A stretch of DNA of 64,000 bases from Chlorokybus atmophyticus (Eukaryota > Plantae > Mesostigma and Chlorokybus algae): contig RHPI01003124.1 in assembly GCA_009103225.1 (NCBI GenBank), positions 122,428-186,427 on the forward strand, in the 5' to 3' direction. Under the pieces are notes generated by a model, which made no database searches, was not told the DNA's origin, and was given only the letters and a program-made list of their open reading frames with translations. The translations under genes were made by a program, and so were the position numbers. This document shows, piece by piece, positions 12,581-25,000 of this stretch. Every line of letters begins with the position of its first letter. Position 1 is the first letter of the stretch.

Positions 12581-13282
12581 TGGGTTGCTGTGAGCTTTTT
12601 ACCTCTTATCATAGGCTGTTCAACCTATGGCTCAATCCCACCGTTAAACTTTACACTAGTCGACAGGTGTCGATTTTAGCGTTACACGCTATTAACATTT
12701 ATGTCATATAACATAACATTGTGAGACACTTGCTGTCATTATAGCAAATTCACATGTTTATGCAGTACCACCCGCAGCCCTATTAGGCCACGTGTGCAAT
12801 GAACGACAACCATTCGTGACAGCATGAGAAAGCATGCGTACAATTTCTTGTGCGCTAGTGCCCCTCAATGCAATACACAGCCGGCATAAGTGTGAACTTA
12901 AAGTTCACATTCATCGCCGTCATTATGCTTGTTGGCGGCAAGCTTTGCCGCCATTGTTGCCGCCTGTTTGCGCGACGCGTTGCGTGACCCGCCCACCCAC
13001 AACCATCTGCATTGTAGCAGTGTCACGTGAAGTCGCGCAATTATTAACAATCGTCCATTAATTGATCAATTGTTAGCAATGCATTTGTCCCTTGAACTCA
13101 GCCGTTTGATCTGCTTCGGTAACCCCGTAAGGGTTGATGTGAGCTCTACACCTCTTGTCAAAGGATGTTCAGCCTACGGCTAAGTCCCACCGCGAAACTT
13201 TATACTAGTTGACAGGTGTCGATCTCAGCGTTAAACGCTATTGACTTTTATGTCGTATAACATTATGAGACACTTGCTGTCA
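12581..13282. repeat. Diverged ~150-175 bp direct repeat (about 12581-12756 and 13131-13282)
   Basis: Shared GGGTTG.TGTGAGCT..ACCTCTT.TCA.AGG.TGTTCA.CCTAYGGCT..TCCCACCG..AAACTTTA.ACTAGT.GACAGGTGTCGAT..TAGCGTTA.ACGCTATT..GAGACACTTGCTGTCATT. Confidence 0.85.
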
Positions 13283-13299
13283 TTGTACAAAAAGTTCAC

Positions 13300-14400
13300 A
13301 TGGTGTGTGAGATCACAGACATACGCATTTTCAGATGGAGTTGTGGTCAACCATATAATTCTCGAATAGTTGCGCTCCGGTAGTTGAGATACTGAATGTG
13401 CACATATTAACATATTGTGATGATGCATTAAGTATTGTTAACATGAGTAAGATGTTGATAATGACATCATTCAACGACAACAACAAAAAAAATGTGTGAA
13501 GATATTGAATTATGAGGATACTTTATCTCAACGGTCGAGAAGCTGAAATTCTATAAATCACCCCTCGATTTGTTATGAATAAGTATATTCATACAGAGTG
13601 ACACGAATGTGCGTGTTTGTGTCTTGCATCAAATTCACCAATCAAATCTATGTAAATCATATAATTTGGTTTTAACACTAGAGATATAGCTTAAAAAGCA
13701 AGTAATTATATCAGATGCACTGTCACGCCGACAATGTGACCATCAAACAATTGTAATAATTGCATATGTAGTATATGCTTGTACGCGCACAATGTGAGCA
13801 ACAACGATGCAATGCAGCGCACATGATATTAACAAACGACATTACAGTCATGTCATTTAATTATGCTTGCCAGGCGTAACATTACCATATGTACAGATAG
13901 ATATTATTACGCAAAAATTGATATGCAATGTGCTGCTATTATATGAACAATTGTATATTCTCAATATTGGTTACAAGTTTGCATTGACTCAACACATAAC
14001 GTTACACACTCGGAGTGTGTAACATTACATTTTGGTTGCATATACGTGTCTTTGCACAAAACATGCGTTGCGGAATAATCTTTATGCCTTATAGAGCACA
14101 TACATAATGTGTGATGGTGTCACATGCTCATCTGAAACACAAGTATTACAGCTTTTTGCAGCATTCAAGCTTAAGTATTCCGAATAATTTACAGCAATCT
14201 TATGGTTTACAATCCAGTTCGCAAAGATTGTAAATTGGTGTACCGTAATAGTAACACATTGTATTATTAAGGCGCTAAACCTTAGCTTGCAATTAATACT
14301 TAATTTTTAGTTATTCGTGTATAATGTTATGTTTTCATTGTTATATGTACTGCTTGTATCAAATGACTAGAAATGTGTTTGTTGACATTGCATGATACTT
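13300..14400. other. AT-rich, CpG-poor, TG/CA-rich decayed intergenic DNA (probable old transposon debris)
   Basis: No credible ORF and visibly lower GC than genes; similar tracts at about 46500-47580 and 55150-56000. Confidence 0.5.
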
Positions 14401-16061
14401 CGTCATTTCAATCTGTATGTACATCGACACCGTGTCAGGGGTGACCCCCTCTTGCCCCCTCTTTTTGATCACATGGAGACCATACTGGCTGCTGGTAGGC
14501 ACATAATTTTTCCTGCAGCATGCATTTTTCTTGGGCAGATTTTTGTAGTTGTAGGGTAGGGAAATGAGGGAGAAAACACGCGGGGCGGCCAAATAATCAT
14601 CGTAGTAATATTTTTTCAACTCGGAATTGTAATTTGCATACCATTGCTAAACTTTTCACCACGCTGTTTTTCATGCCCCAACCTTCACTTTTTCCCTCTA
14701 CCTAAAATCTTATAAAACCCAAAAAGGCTTTTTGTCTTCGTGTGATTGCATCTCAATGCTCATTAGCATAGCTGTTATATACATATGCAATGCAAAAGTT
14801 AACCACAGATGTTGATTGTATGGCGTTGACATTTGAGTCCATTGTCACGTGAACACATGCAACATGGGTTGATTGTAAGCATACAGTTTACTGCTGGCGT
14901 TCCAACCTCAATCTTTGGTGGTAAGGTGGTAGGAATGCGGCTAGGTGTGGTATACAGGCGATGTTAATGCTGGTGATGTTGCAGATAAAGGCAATGGAGG
15001 GTGTTGTTAGTGATAAGGTCGCTTGTGCAAGCAGCTCACACGATCAGGCCTAACAGCGGAATCGCACTGAGCCCGTGCGATTCTCGCAGATCTGATCTCG
15101 CAGCAGAGGCTCCGCGGATCGCTCTGCGCCGCAGTGTACGCGGTGCAACCCCAACGGTTCTGGCAACTGGTGCACTGCTCCTGGTACATGTGGCAAAAGC
15201 TGGCGAAACCTTGGCGCTACTCTCTACTGTGTTCACACTCAAAAAGGTCGCAGCCAGCAGCTTGCACGTCATTTGCGTTGCATAACAGTCACATTACCGC
15301 CATCATGAGCTCGCATTGTACAATTTACATGCACTGCGACTCGCAGTCTGCGAGTCACACCATGAGTAAACAACACATGTTATACTCGTAAACACGATTG
15401 ATACATATAAACTTTCCTACTATTTCAAGTGTTCCTGTGACTAACATGACGTGTATCATGTTACACTACGCACATATATGCATTTATGAAGGGGCTACGT
15501 CATCAGATATGCCTGATATGCCAGATAGGTGCAAACCGCTGGAAAACTGCACTCTATATTGCGGTTTTGGCGGGAAGGGCAGTGTTTCGCCAATCACCAG
15601 ATCCGGGGGTCTTTGGTGCAATCTGGCGCAACCCCTGGCGACACCGTCATTGGCGAAGCCGCAATGCTGCACCGCGTGCCACTCTCCCGCTCCGACGTGG
15701 CAGCTGCCACCCTCTCGTTGCTGCCACTTGGCACTCACGGCCCCAGCTCCGGCGGGACACAGGTGAATCAAGGTGTTGATCACTTCAAGATTATCTGTTC
15801 AACTCCATGCATGATGCTTTGGGTATATGATATCCGAGTCTGCTGCAGCGGTGTAAGCGACCCTGTGCGACAGCGTTGGATTTGGCCTGCGCAATCTGCT
15901 GTGTGGCCTGGCTTGATAACCAGTCCCAGCCTTCTAGAGTAGGAGTTTGAGTTGGGTGTTGCTGAGGCCAGGAGCGGAGGTGTGCGTTTCTTGGCTGTCA
16001 AGGCGGGTGTTGGTGTGAACGGAGAGGCTGAGAGAGCTATCTTCTTGTCAGTGCTGCAGTG

Positions 16062-16165
16062 ATGGGTCTTGGGAACAGCATCCGCAGAGCTCTGGGCGGC
16101 AGGCCCAAGCGGTCCCACCAGCCGGCTATGGTTGCCGTCCATCACCCTGCTGTCTACGCGGTAAG

Positions 16166-16219
<54 letters not shown>

Positions 16220-16451
16220 TATGCATACAGAATAGTATGGATTGCTCCGTTATGCATATTGTATATGTCCGTGTCTGCGTGTGCGATAGCAGTACTTGCT
16301 CGAGCGCATTGCGAGGGTGGGTGGGTTTGGTTATCTCACACTTTGCCTGTTTGCTATGTATTAACATGGTGTTTTTTGCTGGCAGCAAACTGTGCGGCGG
16401 CGGAATGTGCACTGCTACTTCTGTTGCCTCCCAATCCCCCTGTGCTGCTAA
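16062..16451 (+). CDS. Candidate 54-aa microprotein with N-terminal MG and Cys-rich C-terminus
   Basis: Exon 16062-16160 (MGLGNSIRRALGGRPKRSHQPAMVAVHHPAVYA), donor GTAAGC, acceptor TTTTTTGCTGGCAG, exon 16386-16451 (QTVRRRNVHCYFCCLPIPLCC*); phase 0 join. Confidence 0.55.
16169..16216. repeat. (CT)n microsatellite in intron
   Basis: Uninterrupted CT run directly visible. Confidence 0.97.
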
Positions 16452-17452
16452 GGCGGAGTAAACGTGCAACCACGCGCATGGTTGCACCACAGAATGCCTG
16501 CACTGCAAGCAGTGCTCTGTAACAACAGACTTCCAATCGCCCCATAGTAAACAAGCGGGTTTTGTACACTAGAAGTTGATGGACATCATGCCTGTATAGG
16601 CATTGTAGGTTGTGTGCAGTTGCACCAACCAGCTAGCATAGCGTTTCGTCCTTCTAGTATTCAGAAAGTTGCAGTGGACTTTAGTCTTTTCTTTTTGCAC
16701 TGCCAATTGGTGTTTAACCAACTGTGTGGGTAATGGATTGCATGCTGCTGTATGCAGTTCACTTGATGTTGCAGTATTGCCAGTTATGCTGCATGCATGC
16801 CTCCTCACGTGACCAGGTACAACAGGTTGGCAAGTTCTCAACAAGTTGATCACACCAGCCTTGAAGTGCAACCTTCTGTTATTGATCATGTCTACACGCA
16901 GAAAATGACAAGCATGCATGCATTGACTTCTACATCACCTAGCTAGCGGCTGCCAGTAAGGTAGTGCTCAATTAGCGTATTACGTGTAGCTCTCTGGCAA
17001 GCGTTAATTTGTCTTGATGGGTTTACAGACCATACACAGTGCGCATGCGTTGACCAGCATGCCTGTCTCACGCGCTGTCCAGTCTGCACTTCATCAGCCA
17101 ATGTGTACCGAGCGCAAGCTAATACTCGCTGCAGCCCGCGAGTCAGTTGCTGCAACGCTCAGAGCACGCAATGTGAGCGGTGGTGTTATGCGTTGCAGTT
17201 GCGTAGCACTCAGTGTAGCACTTCACACCTTGCGCAGACTGATTTGTCTACTTATACCAGCTCACAGCTGAGTGACGCACGCCTGCACCTCAGCACCAAC
17301 GCTTGTGCCACTCAATTTGCTGGTCACCTTGCATACTGGTGAGGTGTTGTGTCTTCGTGTGCAGTGAGTTCGGCTACCGTTTGCACCCATTGTGGCCTGA
17401 TTTCTGTGTGTTTGTGTTTCTGTCTATCGCATGCACGCTTTCCGAAGTTGTC

Positions 17453-20400
17453 ATGCTTAGCGGCGTCGTGAGCGTGGTGGGCGGGGTAGGTGGCCGCAGC
17501 GTTAGCGTCGCTGTCGCTGCAGTCGCCGTCCGCAGGCGTTGTGCCACGTGGCGCAGATCGGGGGTGGTGCAGCTGTCGTCGTCGTCATCTGCCTGCGCGT
17601 GGCCTGGGGTGGTGTCCGCCTCCAGGAGTCTGGCCTGCAGGGCGATGAGCCAGGCTGCTCAGGTGGGAGGCATGGAGGCCCAACCTGTCGCCTCTGGCGA
17701 CGACAACGGGGGCATGGGCGTGAGCTACCTCACCGCTGCGGCAGCGGCTGCCATTGACGAGCGCCTCATGGGCTCCTTGGGCTTCAGCCTGGATCAGCTG
17801 ATGGTGAGCACCTGGGCTGGAGTGCATCCTGACCAGCGTTGAGTGGCGTAATTGACTGTGGTGGTTTGATGGCTGTTGCCAACCACTCCACTACTGGGAG
17901 TCTAAGCCAAGGTTTGCGACAATGCCTGCACTTCTATTCCTGGTGCTATCCTGGGCTTTCGCATGCATCCATGTGCGTGATAGCCCAACAACTCCGACGT
18001 CAACAGTTCAGCATGTCTACTTGCATGCATGATGCTCATGCTTGCATGTCACAGAGTTACGTTGTTCAACCTGATGATGCTAACACCTGTGTGACAGTTT
18101 TTACTGCGAACAATCTGTTGTAACACAATAGATAATTCGCAATGCAACCTCGCAAAAAGCAGTGCTGTTGGTGATCTAAACATATTACTGCTATGCGGCT
18201 TGTGCGTGTTGTTTCTTGTGATGTCCACGTATGCTTACAACATGCTTTGCCACTCTCAGTGCCAAGCCGTAACTCGCCGCAATTTATGTCGCAGGAGCTT
18301 GCAGGCCTCAGTGTAGCAAGCGCCGTTTCAGAGGTGCCACTTTACCATTGCTGCAATTTGCTCGCACATTACCCTGCACGAGCTGTGCCTTGCAACTTGA
18401 GCCCACATCACCGCTTCCATCGAACAAGCAGGCGATGCATGTTCATGCATACAGACTTGTGTTTCTGTACCACCTTGCCAGGTTTACTCCTCAGCAACAC
18501 ACCGTTCGATTCTGATCATTTGCGGCCCGGGCAACAATGGTGGTGATGGTCTGGTGGCCGCGCGGCACCTCTACCACTTTGGCTACACAGTTGAAGTCTG
18601 CTACCCGAAGCGAACAGACAAGCCAACATATAATGGACTGGTAGTGCAGGTCAGCATATGCAATGCTGCTGTGTGTGTAGACACGCATTGTAGTGCTCTT
18701 GGCGTATGGGCTGTGTGTGCCTTACCCATCCTTATTGCAGTGTGAAAGCTTGGGTGTTCCCTTCATTTCTCCGGACACTCTATCCAACAAGTTGACCGAG
18801 TACGATATTGTAGTTGACGCCATCTTTGGCTTCTCGTTTTCAGGCACGTGTTGCAGGTCTTCTTACTTGAGCTTGCACAATGCTGTTCTTACTAGCCTAT
18901 CTCCCCTTTGCAGGTTCACCTCGACCGCCTTTTGACCATATACTCAACTTGCTCAAGCCAAGCAAAGGCACCAAGCTGCCGGCACTGGTTTCTGTGGACA
19001 TACCGTCCGGTTGGCACGTAGAGGAGGGTGATGTGGATGGCATGGGTTTACGACCCAACATGCTAGTGAGCAATGTCGACTTGACGAATACTTGACACGG
19101 TTCAACAGTTGGTGGCTGACTACTACTCGTGTGTTGCTTACAGGTATCGCTCACAGCTCCAAAGTTGTGTGCTCGCAAGTTCACCGGCGAACTTCATTAC
19201 ATTGGCGGGCGGTTTGTTCCACCTGGTATCGTGCGTGAGTTTGACTTGAGACTGCCTAGCTACTCGGGATCATCTGCGTGCGTGCGTGTGGATGCGGCAG
19301 TCAACGGCAAGGACAATGCTGCTAGCGACGGCGTGGCGGACTTGCGAAGAGACTACCGGTCTCGGCAGCTGCTTGAAAGCGACACAACTGAAGACCCTTA
19401 TGAACAGGTGTCTCTGTGGTTTATACCCACACTGCATGCAGTAATGTGAATGTCATTGCCCGTTGTCATTCTCTCACATGCACAAGCCTCGGTTGACTGC
19501 TTGTATGTTGCAGTTTCAAAGATGGTTTGGAGAGGCTGTGGGCACCAGCGGCGTTGATGAGCCCAACGCGATGACATTGTGCACTGCAGACGGCAACGGC
19601 ACACCGTAAGCAATGACTGAGTCTCTGCAACACACCTGCATGTTGCTTATGCAGTTCAGCAGTTATGGCATCCAACGATATTTGTGCCACTGTTGCAGGT
19701 CTGCGCGCATGGTGCTGCTCAAAGGCTTCGATCACAGAGGCTTCGTCTGGTAAGCGGTAGTTTTCAACCATTACATAATAGCTATACCTGGCAAGCTGAC
19801 GACCACCTTATACGTGACAGGTACACCAATTATGAAAGCCGAAAAAGTAAGGATTTGCAAGAGAACCCACGCGCGGCACTTGTATTTTGGTGGTCTCCAC
19901 TAGAGCGACAGGTGACATAACATCGTCAGCTGAATGAGCACCTTTGCTGTGTGCAACTGTACAGTACGCTGGCACATTCTTGCATCCTCGTGAGAAGCCG
20001 TATTAGCTGTGTTTTCAACAAGACTGAAACCGCATGCCAACAACAGGTTAGAATTGAAGGCGATGTGGAGCGGGCCGATGATGCGGAGTCAGACGAGTAC
20101 TACCAGTCCAGGCCCAAGTCTTCTCGACTCAGTGCCTGGGCCAGTGCACAAGTGCGCTATGTGTTGAGTGTCCACCTGCACGCTTTGCATCATGCTGAGC
20201 AGACCATGCGTGCTCAGTCAAGGTCTCACAACCACACTGACTTGCGTTGCCATGACTCGACAGAGCTCTGTGCTGCCAAATAGAGAGGTCTTGGAGCAGA
20301 AAGCCGAAGAGTTAGAGGCAGAATACGCAGACATGGAGTAAGTGTCAGTGCAGTTGCTTGCACTGCAGCGCAAATATAGCCAAACATGTCTTTGCGTGGT

Positions 20401-20783
20401 TTCCATACACCCATGGTGGTAGGGCACACAGCGTTCGAAATGTCCCATATTATGTCCTCAACTTGACCCTCTGTGTGCAGGACTGTACCGAGGCCTTCCT
20501 TCTGGGGTGGGTTCAGATTGCGACCGCGCTTGTTTGAGTTCTGGCAAGGTCGGAGTTCGCGTCTACATGACAGGTAGGGCGTGCTGCAAGCTTGCAATGA
20601 GTATACCTGCAATTGCGAAGTGTGTACATTTCAGCGCGCACACATAATAGTGCGCATACATACACGCACTCGTAGGACGTGGTGCCAAAAAACTCAAATT
20701 GGCACCTTGTACGCCTTGTCCATTGCAGGATTCAGTACCGCTTGATAGATGGGGAATGGGTAACAGAAAGGCTGTCTCCGTGA
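17453..20783 (+). CDS. PDX3: Bifunctional NAD(P)HX epimerase (YjeF_N) / pyridoxine-pyridoxamine 5'-phosphate oxidase with transit peptide
   Basis: Motifs across exons: [130 protein letters not shown]. Confidence 0.95.
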
Positions 20784-20914
20784 GCGGACATTCACGCAGC
20801 GCTGCCAATGTGAACACAACAAGCTTCCATGTTTGCAAAGGAACGGCAGGTTGACAAACAAGCAGCCGGCGGCTTGAGCGGGCCACGGCTTTGCAGGACC
20901 TGCGCTAGTTGGTG

Positions 20915-21118
20915 GAGTTTGTCTTGATGGCTGTGAGGTTACACAGCCATCAAGACAAACTCTAGTCAAGTATGTTACTCATGCATAGTCAGCGGCATGT
21001 GCCACGCACACTCCAACTAACTTGATGGCTGTGAGGTTACACAGCCATCAAGGCAAACTCTAGTCAAGTATGTTACTCATGCATAGTCAGCGGCATGTGC
21101 CACGCACATTCCAACTAG
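20915..21118. repeat. Tandem 98-bp duplication containing hairpins; first hairpin has a perfect 21-bp stem
   Basis: Units 20923-21020 and 21021-21118. Arm GAGTTTGTCTTGATGGCTGTG (20915-20935), loop AGGTTA, exact reverse complement at 20942-20962. Confidence 0.95.
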
Positions 21119-21672
21119 GCCAGGCAAGCAGGCAGCAACTCTACACACGAGAGGCAGCATGTTGGTTTACATGCGTGGTTGAGATTGTGCATGCGTAAGC
21201 ATCATCCGTGCGCTGCACAGAGTAACATCCTGTGCATTGCACACCCAAAGCACCCGTCTGGTGGATGAACGCGTTCATCCAATGCCCATGCTACAGCAAC
21301 ATGACAAAGCTATGTGTACCCACGCCTTAGCGTCGTATGTGTACCCAATGCCAGTGCACCACCCACTCACGCACAGACAACCAGCTTGTGCAGCTTGAGC
21401 GGTGTGCCTGGAGTGCTGTGCGTCCTTACTAAGTGTCGTCTGTTGCTAGTGGACAGCCGTAGTAAGTTTTCTCCGACTCATATTGCATTGTTTGCACTGC
21501 TATACCCCAATGTTGAGGCTGTTTGAGTCTGCCGGCATCAGGGGACGACGACGAACCCACGCCGTTTTCAGAGCACATGGAAGGCCGCGCTGCAGCCCTG
21601 CTCCAAACTAGGAGCGCACCGCTGATACGCAGGATATCTGCCGGGCATTGACCCCCAGCCTGCCAATCAGCT

Positions 21673-21726
21673 CTGATCATTCAGCCCTGATCGACAAGCT
21701 CAGTCATCAGTTTACAAATCCTGATC
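21673..21726. promoter_or_regulatory. Cluster of three CTGATC motifs beside a CCAAT box upstream of SMG7
   Basis: CTGATC at 21673, 21687 and 21721; CCAATCAG at 21663. Function inferred from position only. Confidence 0.35.
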
Positions 21727-22028
21727 AACTGAACCCGATTAGCTTCTTATGTTTGCAGAAAGCAGCATACGTGGTCCTGTAAAAGGGTGGGTGCTGGCGG
21801 CGGCGGCGGCGGCGACGGCGGTTGGGGCGACTGCGCTGGCGACTTCTGCAAGGTGAGCGTTGTGGAAGCGTAGATGTGGCTGTTAGCTCGCTAGTTACGC
21901 CCTTGCAAAACCCCGATTTGACTGCTTGCTAATTGTGTGGTTGCTGTGTACGGTTTGTGACGTTGCTGTGAACTGTCTTTTTGTCTAGCAGCGGCGGTGT
22001 GGCCGTGCTTGCCCTACGATCATGGACA

Positions 22029-25000
22029 ATGGGCGAAAATGGGGAACACAGTGGCGCAGCTACGTCGTCAGCGGAAGCTGCGTTCAAGCAGGTTCGTGCG
22101 TTCGTGCGGCCCTCAGCAGTCACATATGTTTTACTGAGCGCTGACGACAATTACCCGATTAACGCAAGTTGTCTCCACATTTCTTATTGTGAACGAAATT
22201 TTTGTTCAAATTGTTCAGCTTTGTCAGTTGTCACTTGCATGCATGCTTGCATGGCCGTTAACATGCAGGTAGTCAAGTCTCCAATGCTGCGCAAGTGCAA
22301 CTGCAAAGCGAGCTTGCACGCTTTGCAGTTGCGCATTTGTGTCTGCGTGTGCTGTTTACGCAATTACTAAAATCATTGCCAGAAAATGGTGTTCACATGC
22401 ATACTAGTCTGCAAAGCCCAGCTTCACTTGCCATAGCAAGTCTTTGCGCCCATTTTAGGGCTTCCTTCAAGTGGATGCGTGTGTTTGCATACACGTGTTG
22501 GCACGAAGCATGCATTGCTAATGGCCTAGGTAAAGAAGCCAAATCTCTTTTGTGTGCAGACCGTGGACCTGGAATTGCAGTTAAGGTCTCTACTGACAAA
22601 GAAGAGCCCATTTGACCCAGCAGTTCGCAGCTTGCGAAATGCGATCTGCGACAAGTATGAAGCCCTTCTGTTCTTGGACTACGACTTTGCCCAAAGCAGA
22701 GATGTTGAGCAGCTGCTGTGGAAAAGCGTCTTCTACAGGCGCATTGAAGACTTTCGCGCACGCATCCGTAAGTGCGCAGCCGCAGTGGCAGATCCAGCAA
22801 CAAGCGCAGCTGCTACTGATCAACAGCAAAAAGTCACCACAGCTTTCCGGGGGTTTTTAGCCGAAGCAATTGGTTTCTATCACACTCTCATACGGAAGCT
22901 CCAAGCCAAGTTTGAACTTGACCAGGTGTGTTGAGGCATCACCAGTTGTGCCCTGTCGCCTGACACCCATACCAAGTTGTTCTGGGGGNNNNNNNNNNNN
23001 NNNNNNNNNNNNNNNNNNNNNNNNNNNNNNNNNNNNNNNNNNNNNNNNNNNNNNNNNNNNNNNNNNNNNNNNNNNNNNNNNNNNNNNNNNNNNNNNNNNN
23101 NNNNNNNNNNNNNNNNNNNNNNNNNNNNNNNNNNNNNNNNNNNNNNNNNNNNNNNNNNNNNNNNNNNNNNNNNNNNNNNNNNNNNNNNNNNNNNNNNNNN
23201 NNNNNNNNNNNNNNNNNNNNNNNNNNNNNNNNNNNNNNNNNNNNNNNNNNNNNNNNNNNNNNNNNNNNNNNNNNNNNNNNNNNNNNGGGGTGACAATGGT
23301 TCACAAGAAGAGATTAGCACAAGTGTACAGCAGATGGTTGTGACCACGTGAACAACATATGCTGTCATAAGGTGTTGCTGCATTGTCGGTCAGAGATGCA
23401 GTTCTGCTGTTAATGTGCGTTGTAACGGTGGTGCTGGACAGAATGCTCCGGGCTACAGCAAAGCAGCGGAGGAGCCCAGACAAGGCGTTCTTTCTGTTCA
23501 CCGTTCCCTCGTGTGCTTGGGAGATCTGGCTCGTTACCAAGAGCTGCTTGCCTCTGGTGACAACTGGACACGTGATTGGTCAGCGGCGGCCTCGTATTAC
23601 TTGCAAGCTCTGCGCATTTGGCCTGATGGCGGAAATCCACATAATCAGGTATGCCTCTCGTGCATGCAGTACTGCAGTAGCGGCAGCGAATCCTCAAGAG
23701 GTGTTTTCAGTTGCGGGGAGTTTGTGAAGTCCTTTGCAGTCAAGAAAAGTAGTCACAATGTCTGGCAACACAAGTGATGACACTTGCTTTGTATGCCATT
23801 GCATTGCTCTTCACGCATAGCAGTGCTACTTCTTGCGGCTATGGCATGCAGCTTTTAGCAGTACCCCATTGCTCACAATGTGACTAGCTCGCTGTGTCTT
23901 GTCAGTTATGGCATGCACTAGTTGTACATGTGGACTCATGATGTGCGATGCTCGCAGCTTGCTGTGCTGGCAACCTACGTTGATGATGAGTTGACAGCAG
24001 TCTACAGATATGTTCGTTCAGTTGCTGCAGCAACACCATTTCCTTTCAGCCGCAAAAACCTTCAAAGACAATATGAGCAGGTTGGTTAGGTGCATGTTGT
24101 GCATACAATATCTGCAGCATGTACTGACCTTATATGCAGAACGCCATCAAGTACGCCAAGTTAAAGACATTGCCAATGTCGGATGGCTCCAGCAAGGTTC
24201 AAAGCGCTGGTCAGGCTGTGCTCAAGCATCCCGCTAAACTCAATGACAATGACTTCGTTGCTGTTCGGCAACACTTTTCCACACGATATGTGCACTCGCA
24301 TGGAATCCTTTTTACAAGAACAAGGTGCTGCTATTTGGCCTGGAGCCTCATGTCCTTTTTCTTTGTCATAACTCTTGATCTCGCAGGCACACATGTTGAC
24401 TTGTCTCGTTGCTGTGCATGCTGCAGTCTGGGTTCCTTTGAGGAAGTTTACACAGAGACCATGCGGGATTTGGAGGCGCTCCTGAACTCAGCTGATGAAG
24501 CACTCTCAACAAACGTCGTTCCAAGCGCAAGAAATCACACCGGTGTTGGTGCTGCCGCTGGCGGTTCTGCTATTCCTTTCTTGCCCGAGTTCGTGATAGC
24601 TGTGTACACAGGCAAGTTTTGGCTTCAGCAGTTGGTCCGATGCGTGCACTTGATATGTATGCTGAACCAGTGTTGTTTTACAGTGAGCAACATTTCTCAG
24701 CTGCCAGAAAATCATCAGCCAACATACGCAGAAGTGCTGCAGCACTCAAAGCTTTACCAATACGCGTTCACCATGTTGTATGACCTTGTGGGACGGCTGC
24801 TGCGTCGATTACTTTCTTACACCGAACCAGTTGCTTGTCCTTTGCTGTCTGTGTGCGTTCTGGCGCTGGAGTACTTGAAGTCGTTTCCTGAGTTGAAGCA
24901 CAGCCACGAGCCCTCAGTCCGAGAAAAGCTTGCGAGGGAGTTCATGTGGAGCCAGATGGCAAAAGCACTGACTCTGCTTGCCGAAAGCTTGACAGAAGAT

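Noticed and set aside
13090-13200. Structured-looking stretch with GUAA-loop hairpin and CGAAAC, suggesting a hammerhead or snRNA
   Set aside because: No CUGAnGA core at the right spacing on either strand and no recognisable snRNA motif.
15036-15272. VARTVGVAPRTLRR resembling a transposase helix-turn-helix
   Set aside because: Too short, with no adjoining DDE region or TIR found.
15620-15740. PGDTVIGEAAMLHRVP resembling a cNMP-binding motif
   Set aside because: Short, no ATG or splice context for a full domain; lies in the likely promoter/5'UTR of the microprotein gene.
16569-17155. Possible minus-strand gene upstream of PDX3
   Set aside because: Could not assemble a consistent in-frame model or find a known motif.
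20923-21118. CRISPR-like repeat
   Set aside because: Two adjacent near-identical 98-bp units with no variable spacers, in a eukaryotic genome without cas genes.
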